63,961 nucleotides of DNA, filler included, from Intoshia linei (GCA_001642005.1; 6 parts of 6 records of this genome joined end to end with filler, not necessarily neighbours in it); one strand, 5' to 3'. Counted from the whole stretch's first letter, positions 43,326 to 55,473 are shown. Notes: generated by a model not told the origin, from the letters alone. Made by a program: numbers and translations.

Positions 43326-43871
43326 CAAAGAAAGAAAAACCTTACAATTAATGCTATAGTTCCTGATTATGCATAACATGCAAAAGCAATGAACGAATAT
43401 TCTTTATAAATAAAACGCAACCCGAAACCAGATTTGACGCTTGAAGCCATGGAATCTTATAGGCGTTGCAGACAATAGTGTATCATGATAAAGACATCAA
43501 TGCTATATATTGCTCACAGTTTAAAGAGTTAAAAAGAAGGTGTTATATAGTTTGAAACAACATGTATTGTTATTTTGTGATTTATCACCAGATGGTTTTG
43601 GACGGAAAATTGATGTATTTGTTTGCAGGTGACGATTCAGTTTTGTCGAATTACTTGGAACACGTTGAACTCGATGTCTAAGTATGATAAGTCACAAGGG
43701 CTTTTGGCGATACACTATGATAGAATGATTATGAAATCTTTCGGGATACAAAAATATTATCGTGATTTGTGGTTTAATGGACATTTTTTAACAAAAATAT
43801 ACGATCCAACTACTAAGATAAAAGCATTAATACCTTTCCAACGTAAGTCTGGTGATGCTTCTACTTTTATT
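43326..43871 (+). pseudogene. Endogenous viral element: nege/virga-like (Martellivirales) RdRp fragment
   Basis: Across frameshifts: NEYSL*IKRNPKPDL, ALQTIVYHDKDINAI, ELD/SKYDKSQG (motif A), LWFNGH, KALIPFQRKSGDASTF (motif B). Confidence 0.9.
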
Positions 43872-45800
43872 TATTACTCTCAGTGAATTTCTACGTGGAT
43901 CAATCCCTATAATGGGTGGTACCCCTAAAAAATTCGACCCAAAGTTTCGTATATTCATTCGTCAAATCATTGACCTTCGTGCGCATCAATCCATTTTAAC
44001 CGACCTTTCTTCAAAATTACTCAAAGCCATCAACAAAATTCGAATTTAATGTTCTGGATTACAACAACGTGACATCAACGAAAGAGAAACCTCCCGATTC
44101 AAAACAATTCAAAGTATTTCGATATATCCAACTTTTGCGGCAGCATTAATTCGGGAATAAGAAATATGTTAAATCGTATTGTAGGATCAATGACTAGTGT
44201 AAACAAAGCTTTTCTTTGGTTATCCAAAATTTTGCGTATGGGCTTACTACAAGTCGTTTCACCCACTGTTCCAAACACTATTATCTCTAACTTTCCAAAT
44301 TCAATACCATTCACTATAGGAGCATTAAGTGTTCAACAGGGCATAAACCAAGCAGTCTGGTCTCTCCTTACCGTTGGTTTATCTTCACTTTGGTTAACAT
44401 GGTCTTATATGAGATGAAAGATATCGGAACCAGAATTGGTTTAGAACTTTCACTCAAAGAGTCCGTGTTCTCTATACTTAAAATTTTTTCGAATAATGAT
44501 GACAGTCCACTACAATTGATGGATTCCAACTCACAATGATGACAAAAGGTTTGGCACTCAACTTCCAAGATACTTTGGACACTCAGTATCTTTTTAGTTC
44601 TGCAATTAATGGAATATTGGAAAGAACCGCTAAGAGTAGTGCTTTTGAAACGGGACCACATCAAACGTAGTTCATGAATTGCTTACTGATCATTTATTAT
44701 TATATATTTGACATTCGTTTTTCTACTTCTTGGCATAGCCCTATACCTATTGAAAATTTATTGACCAATCATTTGGAAAATGTTGGAAAGAAATGAAGGA
44801 AGTGGAATCTGAACTTAGGAATACAACAGTGACGACCTGGAATATGAGTCTGAACTAGAGTGTGATGACATTGTTAAATTTTCAGATACCCTGCACTATT
44901 AGTGGTATTGGTTCGAAATGGACAATTGGTTCAACATGGAACTTGAACGCGCATATTTACACTACAAAACTGAAGGTACCCGAATCAAGAAAATAGAGTT
45001 TAATCAACAGTTTCTCAACATAAATAATATTACTGACACTAAATATAGAATTCTCAGTAGTCCTATTCTTTTCACGACTGTTTTCCAATTTCACAACGAT
45101 CATATAACCTCTACAAACCGTAATGTTCCTGGTTTTGGGGACAAAATTATCTACACATAAAATTTCATCAAATATGCTTAAACTCCAAATTCCGGGGGTT
45201 GGAAAAACCGTTTGTAGAGACCATATCTTTACTGACACTTTTGCTGTATGGGACGAGTCATTTAACGCCGCAAATGATAATTATTGCTATAATTTGCTGT
45301 CTCAGCATTTTGACACTTATGCTCACCAGAGTGTTTTTTAAGTGCTGACTTTCTCCAGATGGAGATACAAAATGGAGATGAGAGTGCATTCCCACTCAAT
45401 ATAGCTGATTGTCACTCAAAAGGTACTACTTTCTTCATGTCAGAATTTTTAGTTTGTACAAGTAATGTAGACCCTACAGAAAATAGCACTTCGTTTGGTT
45501 CAGTAATGGTCGACCCAATTGCTTTTTCGAGAAAACTCGATATTTGTGCAAATGTTGCACGTATAGGTTCCTCTAATCCCGTTTTTGACAATAATTCCAT
45601 TTTTTTTTTTACTATAAGAGTAGGAAAATGTCTAACTAAATTAACAGTACGCTTACAATTTTAAAATTCATTATCATAACTGAGAGAATTGAAAAAAGAG
45701 AATGCCATCACATTTGGTTCGTTATTCATAAACTATAAATTTGACAACCCGGAAATCGACACGTTAATAATAGACGAAACCTTTTATCTAAGAAATTAAA
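43872..45800 (+). pseudogene. Endogenous viral element: picorna-like nonstructural polyprotein with 2C/SF3 helicase (upstream limit uncertain)
   Basis: PGVGKT (Walker A), HFDTYAHQSV../ADFLQ (B), AFPLNIADCHSKGTTFFMSEFLVCTSN (C), DPIAFSRKLD; frameshifted. Confidence 0.8.
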
Positions 45801-45829
45801 ATCTGATTAAATAAAAGATGACAATTATA

Positions 45830-46330
45830 AAAAATGGACTATTATACTTAAAGATCAATATAAAAAACGAGTATTTTTTAGTTTATAAAATTAGGGAACT
45901 AAATTTTCCAATTAAATGGTTACACTGACCATTTTTAGCAAATTATACTCAGTCCTCTTTTTGCTATACCGAAAGAAAAATATACTTGTATCATCATCAG
46001 GAATCCCGATGCATGAATTTATTTAAGATCTAATAGATTTTTTTGAAGCTTATAATGATACAATGCCATCTGTATCAGCCACGAGAAACATCAAATATTT
46101 AAAAAATGTTTAGGTCACAAGAATAAAATGGATCGTTAAAAGAAAAAATATATTTATGGTAGTTGATGAGTCCCAAAGAAACAAATTTGGCTACTTAAAT
46201 ATCATGATTAGTTTATTTCGGATAGGGTATATGCTTTTAAATGTATACCTTCGCAGAATTCAGTTAATGCAAATTTTATGTGCACAGCCATCAATAATGT
46301 AATTCGAGAGTTATCAATAGAACGAAAAAA
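45830..46330 (+). mobile_element. Decayed hAT-related transposase fragment
   Basis: SSGIP..MPSVS, IFMVVDESQ..YLNIMI, SVNANFMCTAINNVIRELSIERKNF. Confidence 0.4.
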
Positions 46331-47089
46331 TTTCAGTTTTTTTTCAGTAATTGGGATTGCACCTGTGGTCAATGATAGGCAAAAAGATCTCTTGCAAAAT
46401 TTAAGAGATGTTTAAATGTCACTAAAATTGAAGAAGCATTGCAAAACCTAGTATGCACCATGAACAATATTAATTGAAATGAACTCATTTGGATTTTTTA
46501 TTATCTATGTATCATAGAAAAAATAAATTATATTATATTTGTATCTTTATAATTTAGATTCACTGTGATTCTACGCATTATTACATAACCAAGGACCATA
46601 TGAGCTTTTATCCAAAATATTTGTCAAAGTAAACGTTTTTTATATGCGATTCGACACACAATTTTAAACTGAGTTTGTATACTACAATATATTCTTCTAT
46701 AAATTGGTATAACGACTCTTTTTTACATACAATTTATTAAAATAATTTTTTCCTTTAAGATTTACGATAAATGTAAACGGTTGGCCCACAGCATTTAGTC
46801 GCCTCAGTTTTCGTAATAGTTCAATTTTTATTATAATATATAATAGGGAATAGTTTGTTTAAATAAGATAAAATTACGAGAAAAATATTATAATAACCAA
46901 ACACTTAAAATATGTAAATTAAAATTATATTGGGCAACCCCTCACAATAATTTAGTTAACAATATAATATTCAAATTTCCCTTTAAAATGTGGTATGAAA
47001 TTACTCATATAAATGGTCATATCTGCTAAATTATATGCAATTCATATTATGAATACATTGAATAAAATCATTACATTAATTTAAATATG

Positions 47090-47617
47090 AAGAGTTTTGG
47101 CGAGTTCGTGCCTGCAATGATCTCGACCCTAAAAACTCCGTAGAAGATCATCAGATGCTTTTAGACCAGATTGCATGGCACGAACGGTGAAATTTCCAAC
47201 TAAAATTATGGTTCAAGGAGCAATTAGTGTATCTGGGCCCGGCTCTATATTTGTTATAGAGGGTATAATAAACAAACATAAATATATTGACACATTAAAA
47301 AACTTTTTAAATGATCGTCCAAGTTTTCTAAAATATGCATGTTTTCCACCCGATTTGGTTCCATGTCATACATATTATAATATATAATATTCTGCACGGT
47401 CAGTTAAATATTTTTTTGATTCCAACCAATGGAAAGTATTACCCTGGCCCAATAATTCAGTAGATATGAATCCCATTGAAAACGTTTGAAAGGTATTGAA
47501 AGATGAAGTACATCATGTTCATATTTCGTCAAAACAAGAATTAATTGACCCGACAATATGGGTTTGAAATAATTTGGACAAAATTCAATTATTATGCAAA
47601 AACTTAATAATTGGAAT
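47090..47617 (+). mobile_element. Tc1-family transposase DDE remnant
   Basis: RTVKFPTKIMVQGAIS..GPG, DLVPCH, VLPWPNNSVDMNPIENV*. Confidence 0.85.
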
Positions 47618-48590
47618 TTACTGCTAATTAGAATTTTGAATAAAACAAGAGTAAGATCACACTAATCTATAGATCTAACAATGGGACTATTTGATAAAGA
47701 CCAAGTTGGTGGAAACAGAGATTTGCATATTGTCATCTGAATTTAGGAAATAACAGTATGTTGAAGAATGTTTCTTTACCTCATTGGCTGAGTGTACAGA
47801 CAATGAAATGTTTAAAAGAAAGATAAATATGATTTTCTCATTAAAAGATGGAAGAAGAACTAATATGATATGAGAATATTTTAATTTCAACGGATCACAC
47901 TAGGTGGGGCCAAACATGAATACAATAATGTTTTCTTATTTGGCAGCTTATTGTACCAGACACACCACAGAAGCCTATCTTCCAATAATCATCTGTTGCT
48001 TATTACAATACAAAGTGTTTGAAGTTCCCCCTTGGCTAAATGACTTATACGTAAGATGTAATGCTGCATATACATTACTTATATGCAGATCGCACATGGG
48101 TCAGGAGATATTTCATGGAAGTTTGTCTGTGATGCATGCTTTTTCGAAGACGTCAATACAATATATAAGAGCAGCCGCAGCAAAACTGGAAATAGATCAA
48201 TCTATAGCTCGTCATGTGATACATACAAGTTCTAGTCTAGTGACTAGTAATAATGTGGCTATAATAGAAAGTTTCACAGTGGCAACTCCGGATTATATAT
48301 CTATGGTAACGACAGCTGGTGTATTAAAGTGTAAGAAAGTACACCTTCTGACTATTGACACCATGCAAGAGATTAAGAGCAAAGTAATGATTATCTATAA
48401 GAACTTTAGTGAGATAATCCATTATTTTGGAATAAAAACAACATAAACACAAAATGTCTACTCATAGTATTGAATTTAATTCAAAATATATCTCAAATGA
48501 TTCTATTGGCAGTTTTAACGATTGGCAGATAAAAACTCAGATAAGTTTATCTTTAATAAAAAGATTTATTGATTTGCTGATATCTGGTTC
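47618..48590 (+). pseudogene. Endogenous viral element: bunyaviral (arena/nairo-like) L polymerase core
   Basis: LFDKDQVGGNR (premotif A), STDHTRWG/PNM (A), KVFEVP, HMGQEIFH (B), VTSNN (C), FGIK (D), IEFNSKY (E), all in the correct order. Confidence 0.88.
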
Positions 48591-48732
48591 TAGGGTAGTG
48601 ATATCATCGGATTTTTTACTTTGTTAGACACAATTAGTGTTGGCGTTAGTGTTAGTATCGATAAATTTTTGAATATTTTTAATATCTATTATTTTTTTAT
48701 TTTATTTTTAACTTTATTTTATTATCGCCAAA

Positions 48733-48920
48733 ATGACAAATAAAAGATCTAAAGTATGGAATTATTTTACATTAGTAAATAGTAATGAAGCTAAATGCAC
48801 AAAATGCTATACAATTGTAAAATGTTCAGGAACTACCAGTGTTATCACGTTAAAAATGTCCACAATATTAATTTGAAAGAAGATATAAACCAAACAAAAT
48901 TGCGAAGGATAGATTTTCTT
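48733..48920 (+). mobile_element. BED zinc-finger remnant of a hAT transposase
   Basis: KRSKVWNYF..AKCTKC..SGTTS. Confidence 0.7.
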
Positions 48921-48924
48921 GTTA

Positions 48925-49522
48925 CAGTGCACCCCTGATAACGAACCCTCTTGTTAACGAACTTTAGTAATTAGCGACTTATTAATCAATCATTATAGAT
49001 AAATGCGATAATAAAGCTATATAAGTATTAAATATACACAAAACTTTATTTTTGCACGTGACTGTTTTGATTTATAATTAATTTAATTATTTTTTCAATA
49101 ACGAACAACGAATAGATTATATTAATTTTTTTAATTTTTATTTAACTTTCCCCTTAGATAATGAACATATAAAAAAAATAATAATGGCAAGAAAAGGATT
49201 CGACTAACCTACTACTAAAAGAAAAATGAACTCATTTCATTTGCAGAGAATAATCAAAATTACAAACAAAGAGATTTAGCTGAAAACTATCAAATATCTC
49301 TTGGAACAGTTAATACCATTTTAAAAAGCTCTTCCGTTATCAAAAACTTTCGTCATGAAATCAGGAAAATGAGAAAAAAAAGAAAGTCCATTGTAGATTT
49401 TTTGTCTAGGAAGCAATAAATTAATTTTAAATATTATTTGTTACATATTTTGTTCGTTATCTTTCAATAACGAAGTTGGAAAAAAATAATGACTAAATGT
49501 TCGTTATCAGAGGTGTGCACTG
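48925..49522 (+). mobile_element. Tigger-derived MITE
   Basis: TA|CAGTGCACCCCTGATAACGAAC and GTTCGTTATCAGAGGTGTGCACTG|TA TIRs; HTH remnant KQRDLAENYQISLGTVNTILK. Confidence 0.85.
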
Positions 49523-49914
49523 TATTATTCTACTTTATAAACAAAAATCTATTACTAATCCATTTTCATTATGGCAATAAGGTTTTGAATGTACAGTCTA
49601 ACTCGTCAATAATGAATACCGTAAATAATGAACGAGTTTTGGTCAAAATTCATCCCTTCTATAGAAAATTTCTTCATTCATTACTTATCGTGATTTTTTA
49701 ATTATGAATCTGAAATATCTGAATATTCACTAAATGTAATGTTAACAGTTTTGAAATATGTCACGTAATTATTTTTTATTAGATATGGATTGTCAGTCTT
49801 TTTGGTTTATAAAAAAGACTAACAAGCCAAAATAAAAAGTAAGTTGTATCTACAAAAATGTTAGTGAAAATGAAAATAATCATTGAAATTTCTTAGTTAG
49901 TTAGGAAAATTTTC

Positions 49915-50630
49915 AAAAGAAAGAATAACGTTATTGTTTTGCGTGTCAATGACCGGTGAAAAATATGATATTCTTTTGATTGGTATTGCAAAAAACCCCA
50001 GAAAATTTAATTAAATAAATTTCAACAAATTAAATTTAGATTATAAAAATAATACCAAAGCCTGGATGTCCACAATTATTTTTGAGCAGTGGTTACATAA
50101 ATTTAATTTAAAAATGAAAGACAAAAATAGAAAAATACTTCTGACACTTGACAATGCCCCTGTACACCCTAAGCACTGTAAATATTCAAACATTAAGATT
50201 TATTTTTTCCCACCAAATGTAACATCTAGAATGCAACCTCTCGACCAAGATATAATAGGTGCTTTTAAAAGTCATATAAAAAATTATTGAATACAAAAAT
50301 CTTAATTCGATCAATTAATAATGAAACTTCTTTTTTAAAGTGTCTCAAAGAAATTAAACTTTATGACGCCATTTTACTTATCATTGAAGCGTGGAAATCC
50401 ATATCACCAAAAGAAATATCTAATTGTTATATAAAAAAAGATAGAATTATCAATGCTGGATTATGATGCACTATTTAATATTAATGAGCCTTCAATTGAC
50501 ATCGATTATATTCCATATGATATTGAATCAAACAATATTTCTGATATCATAAGTCCAGAAGAATCACTTGTAAATATAAATGAAAACATTTCTTTGCCAA
50601 ATAATAATAATATTAGAATAATTTTTTTCT
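49915..50630 (+). mobile_element. Tigger/pogo DDE_1 remnant
   Basis: KAWMSTIIFEQWL, ILLTLDNAPVH, FFPPNVTSRMQPLDQ. Confidence 0.85.
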
Positions 50631-50639
50631 ACACCCCGA

Positions 50640-51820
50640 CTTTTAAAATTGTTGAACAATTCTCATTTCCTTCAAACTGACGCAACGTACAAGCTGATTT
50701 ATCAGGGGTACCCAGTCTTAATGATAGGTAGAAGTAATATAAATCGAAAGTTTCACCCTGGCACTATTGCGGTCACAACAAATGAAAAATCGGATGATTT
50801 TAAATTTTTATTCCAATCATTGATTAAGGGAGTTGGTAACAATAATAATTTAATGGATCCAAAGGTTTTAGTAGCGGATAGTTCTTCAGCAATTACAAAA
50901 GCATTTGAAGAAGTTTTCATTATGGAAAAAAAAATATATTGTTTTTTCATTATTATAAAAACTATCACGAAACATACTAGCCTTTGCGCTATACCTAAAT
51001 GTGACAGAATGGAACTTCGTCGAGATATAAATTTTCTTCAAATTTCTTCGTCGGTTGATATCTACAACGTCGCGAAGAATTTATTTCTGACAAAGTGGAA
51101 TCAGTACACTCAATTTTGTCAGTATTTTATTAAACAATGGATTTGCAAAAGCTGGTATGAGGGCGCAGTTTTACATATTCCATCAATAAACAATTCTCTA
51201 GTGGCCACTAATGGTGTAATTAAACGACAAATGACCCTTAGGGAGCACATTCCACTGAATCAATTTTTTAGTGTAATATGTAAGGACATTTTATCGATTT
51301 GGTCTCTAGATAGGAAACGTAATTATTTATTTGTTTAAACATAATATAGCACATTTAATCAATATATTCATTTTTTAGAATATCTCCAATATTCAAGTAA
51401 TTCCAAATTAGAAACTAAAGAATAGACTAATGCTTATTGATGGCCAAAAGAAAATCAACTCATCCGCAAAAAAACATTAACCAATGATGTGACTAAATGT
51501 TATATAATTTCTGTGATGAAAAATGTTGATTTGGATTACGAAATTAACACATATCAAGCTAAATCCTGGAAAAATTTCAATCATTTCAAGGAAAGCATAT
51601 CATTGGTTATTGTGGTAATTATAAATAAATTAAAATGGGAAAAAGCCACATGTACTTGTTCAACTTATCTGAAATGTTATACCTGCAAACACAGTTTGGG
51701 TATGGCAATTAGATTGAAGTATGATTGATGTGTCGTTCCTATTGAAGCTAAACTCTTACCTTTACGTCAAAAAAGAAAAAGAGGACGACCCAGTCTTGCC
51801 AAAAGAGCATTATATTATCA
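50640..51820 (+). mobile_element. Mutator/MULE transposase remnant with SWIM finger
   Basis: LQTDATYKL..GYPVL.IG, LVADSSSAI, CFF, NNSLVATN, CTCSTYLKCYTCKH. Confidence 0.85.
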
Positions 51821-52855
51821 ATGGTTATTATTATGTTAATATTGAGACATTGTATAATACAGCCATACAAACTCAAATCCTCGGCGGGCTGCATTATTTG
51901 TCAAAATTTTCAGGCGGCCGCATCTTAATTTTTTTACAGATTAAGGGTAGGTTTTTAGAGATTTTTTAAACGACGTTTAAAGGGAGGTTATTATGGAATT
52001 TTTATTTAACCTAAGTTTAAGGAAATTTTGTGAAAGATAACGTTTTTGAGTAAAATTCGCCACTGATTGTATATAATATATACAAAGTCGTGCGAGCCGC
52101 ACATAAATTTGAAACTGAAACGTGCGGGCCGCAAGTTTGACATGCCTGGTATAATATATACTATATTACAGTATACTTACGTACGGTATATGAATTTATT
52201 ATATTATATTTGTTTAGAATCATTACTTACAGACAATAATTACATGATAATATTAATTGTATAATACATTTTTACTTATTACGAAAAAATGTTTAAAAAC
52301 GAAAAAAAAAAACACTGATTTAAATGCATTCGAATAAGGATTGTTAAAAAATTAGAATGTGTTAATGTTAGAATTAATGTAATAGTTGATACATCTCCAA
52401 ATAAACTACTTAAATAAAATTAATTGTTAAAATTTAATAATTAATTGACGTTATAAAGTATTGTTATATTTCTTTAAATAAGTGCTAGTTATTTATCATG
52501 TGACATTTCCACTATTCAGATGCTAATTTAAGTGCTAAGAAGAATTTAAGAACTCTATTTAAGTGCTAAATGTTGGACTTTAAATGACGCGTTAAATCAT
52601 AGCCTTTAAATAATAAATTCTTTGAATTCAATCTTTTATGTTATGTTAAAAATTTTGCCAATTTCTGCCAAAAAAGGTCATGCAGTTCTATAACTTTGAT
52701 AGAGAAGCAATTTAAATTGAATTGTGGAAAAAAATTTACATAAAATCAAAAATATGGCTATAAGAGAAATTGAGTTAGCTCACAAAATCTCATAAAAGCC
52801 ATTACATACAATACCTATCTAGCATCAATTTAAAATAAAATATAAAAAAACATAC

Positions 52856-52961
52856 TTCCATAGATGGAGTAAAACAATAAGTTAATTCATAATCTTCACA
52901 GTATACAGGTAAATGAGCTACAGAGTCCATTGGAAATGAATCACCGGCAATGATTACAATT
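52856..52961 (-). CDS. NHP2: Isolated exon of NHP2-like L7Ae protein
   Basis: ag|IVIIAGDSFPMDSVAHLPVYCEDYELTYCFTPSME|gt; flanking NHP2 exons not found nearby. Confidence 0.65.
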
Positions 52962-54171
52962 CTAAATTATAATTAATTCATGCTTTCGTTTTAAAAGTCA
53001 GTTGTAAATATATCTATAAAAAGTTTACACAAATTATCATCTTTGAGTTAGTTGCAATGAATTTTAAAAAAATCACAGCTAATAGTAACTGGAAATTTAA
53101 CCTACACAAAAAAATTAATTTCACAAAGTGACGCTGTTAAATCTCAAAGATTGTATAAAATCTTATATTTTAACAGAAAATATATTTTTAAGATAATGAG
53201 TTAAGTTAAGTAGATAATTCTAAGTAGTAAGTAGTAAGTGAGATAAGTAGATAGATAGATTAAGGTAAGATAAGTCTGTTGAGAAAAAGAAATGTAAATA
53301 GAGTAAGTAAGTCAAAAAATCGTTTTTTTTATTTGGTAACTATTTTATAAAAACAAAAATTATTTATTAAATTATTTTTTCGGGTTATAACTACAGTAAA
53401 ACCTCCGTTATTTTCCCGGTTAATTTATATTTAAATAATATTATGATAGTAAAATTCTGTAATTCGGCCAAAATTTTTCATAGTACATTTTTATTTTTTA
53501 AACCACGTAATATAACAGCCAACTAATATTAATGTTATATTTAATATTAATCGTATATCCTGTATTGTTACGTTAATTAAGTAACTAAAATAACCTATTT
53601 TGATTATAATTATTGGATGAAACTTTTGAAACCATAGTTAAGTTGACAATTACAAATTTTCACTGTTGATAACTGTCACTTCTTTGGCAACTAAGATGTA
53701 CTGTTTAAAAATTATCTTTATTATGATAACAAAATGTTATACAGTGAGACAATAGATATTAACATTTTAATCATACATTTTTGCAAACCAAAACAAAATT
53801 TGTTTTAAAATATGCATTTTATAATCTATGGGGGTATGAGGGGGGAACAGAACATATTTCTAATTGAAAATTAGAATTGAAGTTAAAAAAATAGCAGATA
53901 CATTTTATTTAAAAAAAGCTCCAAAATTTGATAATTTATAAAGAAAAAAATCAACAAATCAAAGAGCAGACCTAATTGAAAATAGAGTTTAACGAAATTG
54001 TGTCAAAACTAAATCAAAAATGTATTTAATAGGACAGTAAACTGTACATTTTTAGAGGAAGACTATGTGATATAAATATATAAAATGACCACAGATTTTA
54101 TTATAGATGCAGTGAAACTTTTTTAAAATATACAAAGAATGCAATACAATAATAATGGTCCACAATAAAAT

Positions 54172-54438
54172 TTAATACATAACGTCACTATATTGACTGG
54201 ATAATGAATTATCCAATTCATTTCTCATAGATCTTTCCCGGTAACGATCAGCAGATTGTTTACGCTTCAATATTTTTTCTCGTTCTCGATCTTTTCTGAT
54301 AAACATGAGTCTGATTTCATACATATGATCCATTTCATTTAAGGCGTTTCTTGATATTAATTCATTTGTTAATAAAACACATATATCGAATTCAATGTCA
54401 AAGTGAATTCTGTCGTATGTGTAAACACCAGATAATAT
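54172..54438 (-). CDS. Unassigned exon, ~88 open codons
   Basis: ttaactttag acceptor then ILSGVYTYDRIHF..KDREREKILKRKQSADRYRERS..MY*. Confidence 0.4.
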   Translation of the reverse strand: MLSGVYTYDRIHFDIEFDICVLLTNELISRNALNEMDHMYEIRLMFIRKDREREKILKRKQSADRYRERSMRNELDNSLSSQYSDVMY

Positions 54439-54797
54439 CTAAAGTTAAAAATAAACATAGCATAATCTAGTTACTCTATTTATACGCACAAGCGGACAAA
54501 TTATAGTTTTTACACTAAAAAACTAAACAATATAGTACATAAAATTGTTCAGGGCTCAGAAAAATGAAAGAATTTTGATCTAAATCTTTGTATATAAAAA
54601 AGTCTAACAATCCAACAAAAAAATAAAAATTTTTTTATTCGATAATATATAAGATTCAGAACAAAGTTTACCTAAAATTGTGGCTATCGTTGAAAAANNN
54701 NNNNNNNNNNNNNNNNNNNNNNNNNNNNNNNNNNNNNNNNNTTAATTAATTAANNNNNNNNNNNNNNNNNNNNNNNNNNNNNNNNNNNNNNNNNNNN

Positions 54798-55356
54798 ACA
54801 CCTACCCTTGAACGATCGATAATAAGAAATGCATCTAATTCTACTCAATCTTTAAGGGATATCGCTAAAATCACTGGAAATTGTGTATCAACTACTACTG
54901 TATGGCGAGTTTTAAAAAAATCTATTATTAGACTTGAAAGAATAAAAAAGCTCCTTTATTGACGTTAACCCATAAGCAAAAAAGGATGGAATTTGCAAGG
55001 GTAAATATTGGCAGAAATCCGGGGAAAATATGTTTTTCCGATGAGAAACGCTTTTGTCTTGATGGGCATGATGTGAGAAATGAGAGCCTTGAAAAACTTA
55101 AGAGGCAAAGTAGAGGTGGTAGATTCATGGGCTGGGTTTTAGGTTAACGGGAAGACATCTGTCTTATTTATTAATTGTAAAATGGATTCCATTTATTACC
55201 AGAATATGATTAGCACAAATTTATTGCCTCATAAGGAAAGATTTGATGTTTTTCAACAAGACAATGCACCCATATATGTTTCAAATTCATCAAAAAAATT
55301 TTTTATGACTAAGAATGTTGAGTTATTGTCTTGGCCACCAATGTCACCGGACCTAG
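54798..55356 (+). mobile_element. Tc1-family transposase remnant
   Basis: LTHKQKRMEFAR, FSDEKRFCLDG, FQQDNAPI, WPPMSPDL. Confidence 0.9.
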
Positions 55357-55473
55357 TTAAATTACTTTATATATGTGTTTGTACATTACTTGTATTATCT
55401 TGTTATGAGTAATAATATACTTTTTAATTTTACTTTCTCGTTATTTTTTATCATAGACATTCATATCTCTTAC

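Noticed and set aside
43323-43330. ACACAAAG, the phenuivirus segment terminus
   Set aside because: An A-rich 8-mer expected by chance here; it overlaps the tandem duplication, and the downstream sequence is virga-like, not phenuiviral
44099-45600. Minus-strand ORFs over the picorna-like EVE
   Set aside because: No motifs; antisense shadows of less AT-rich viral sequence
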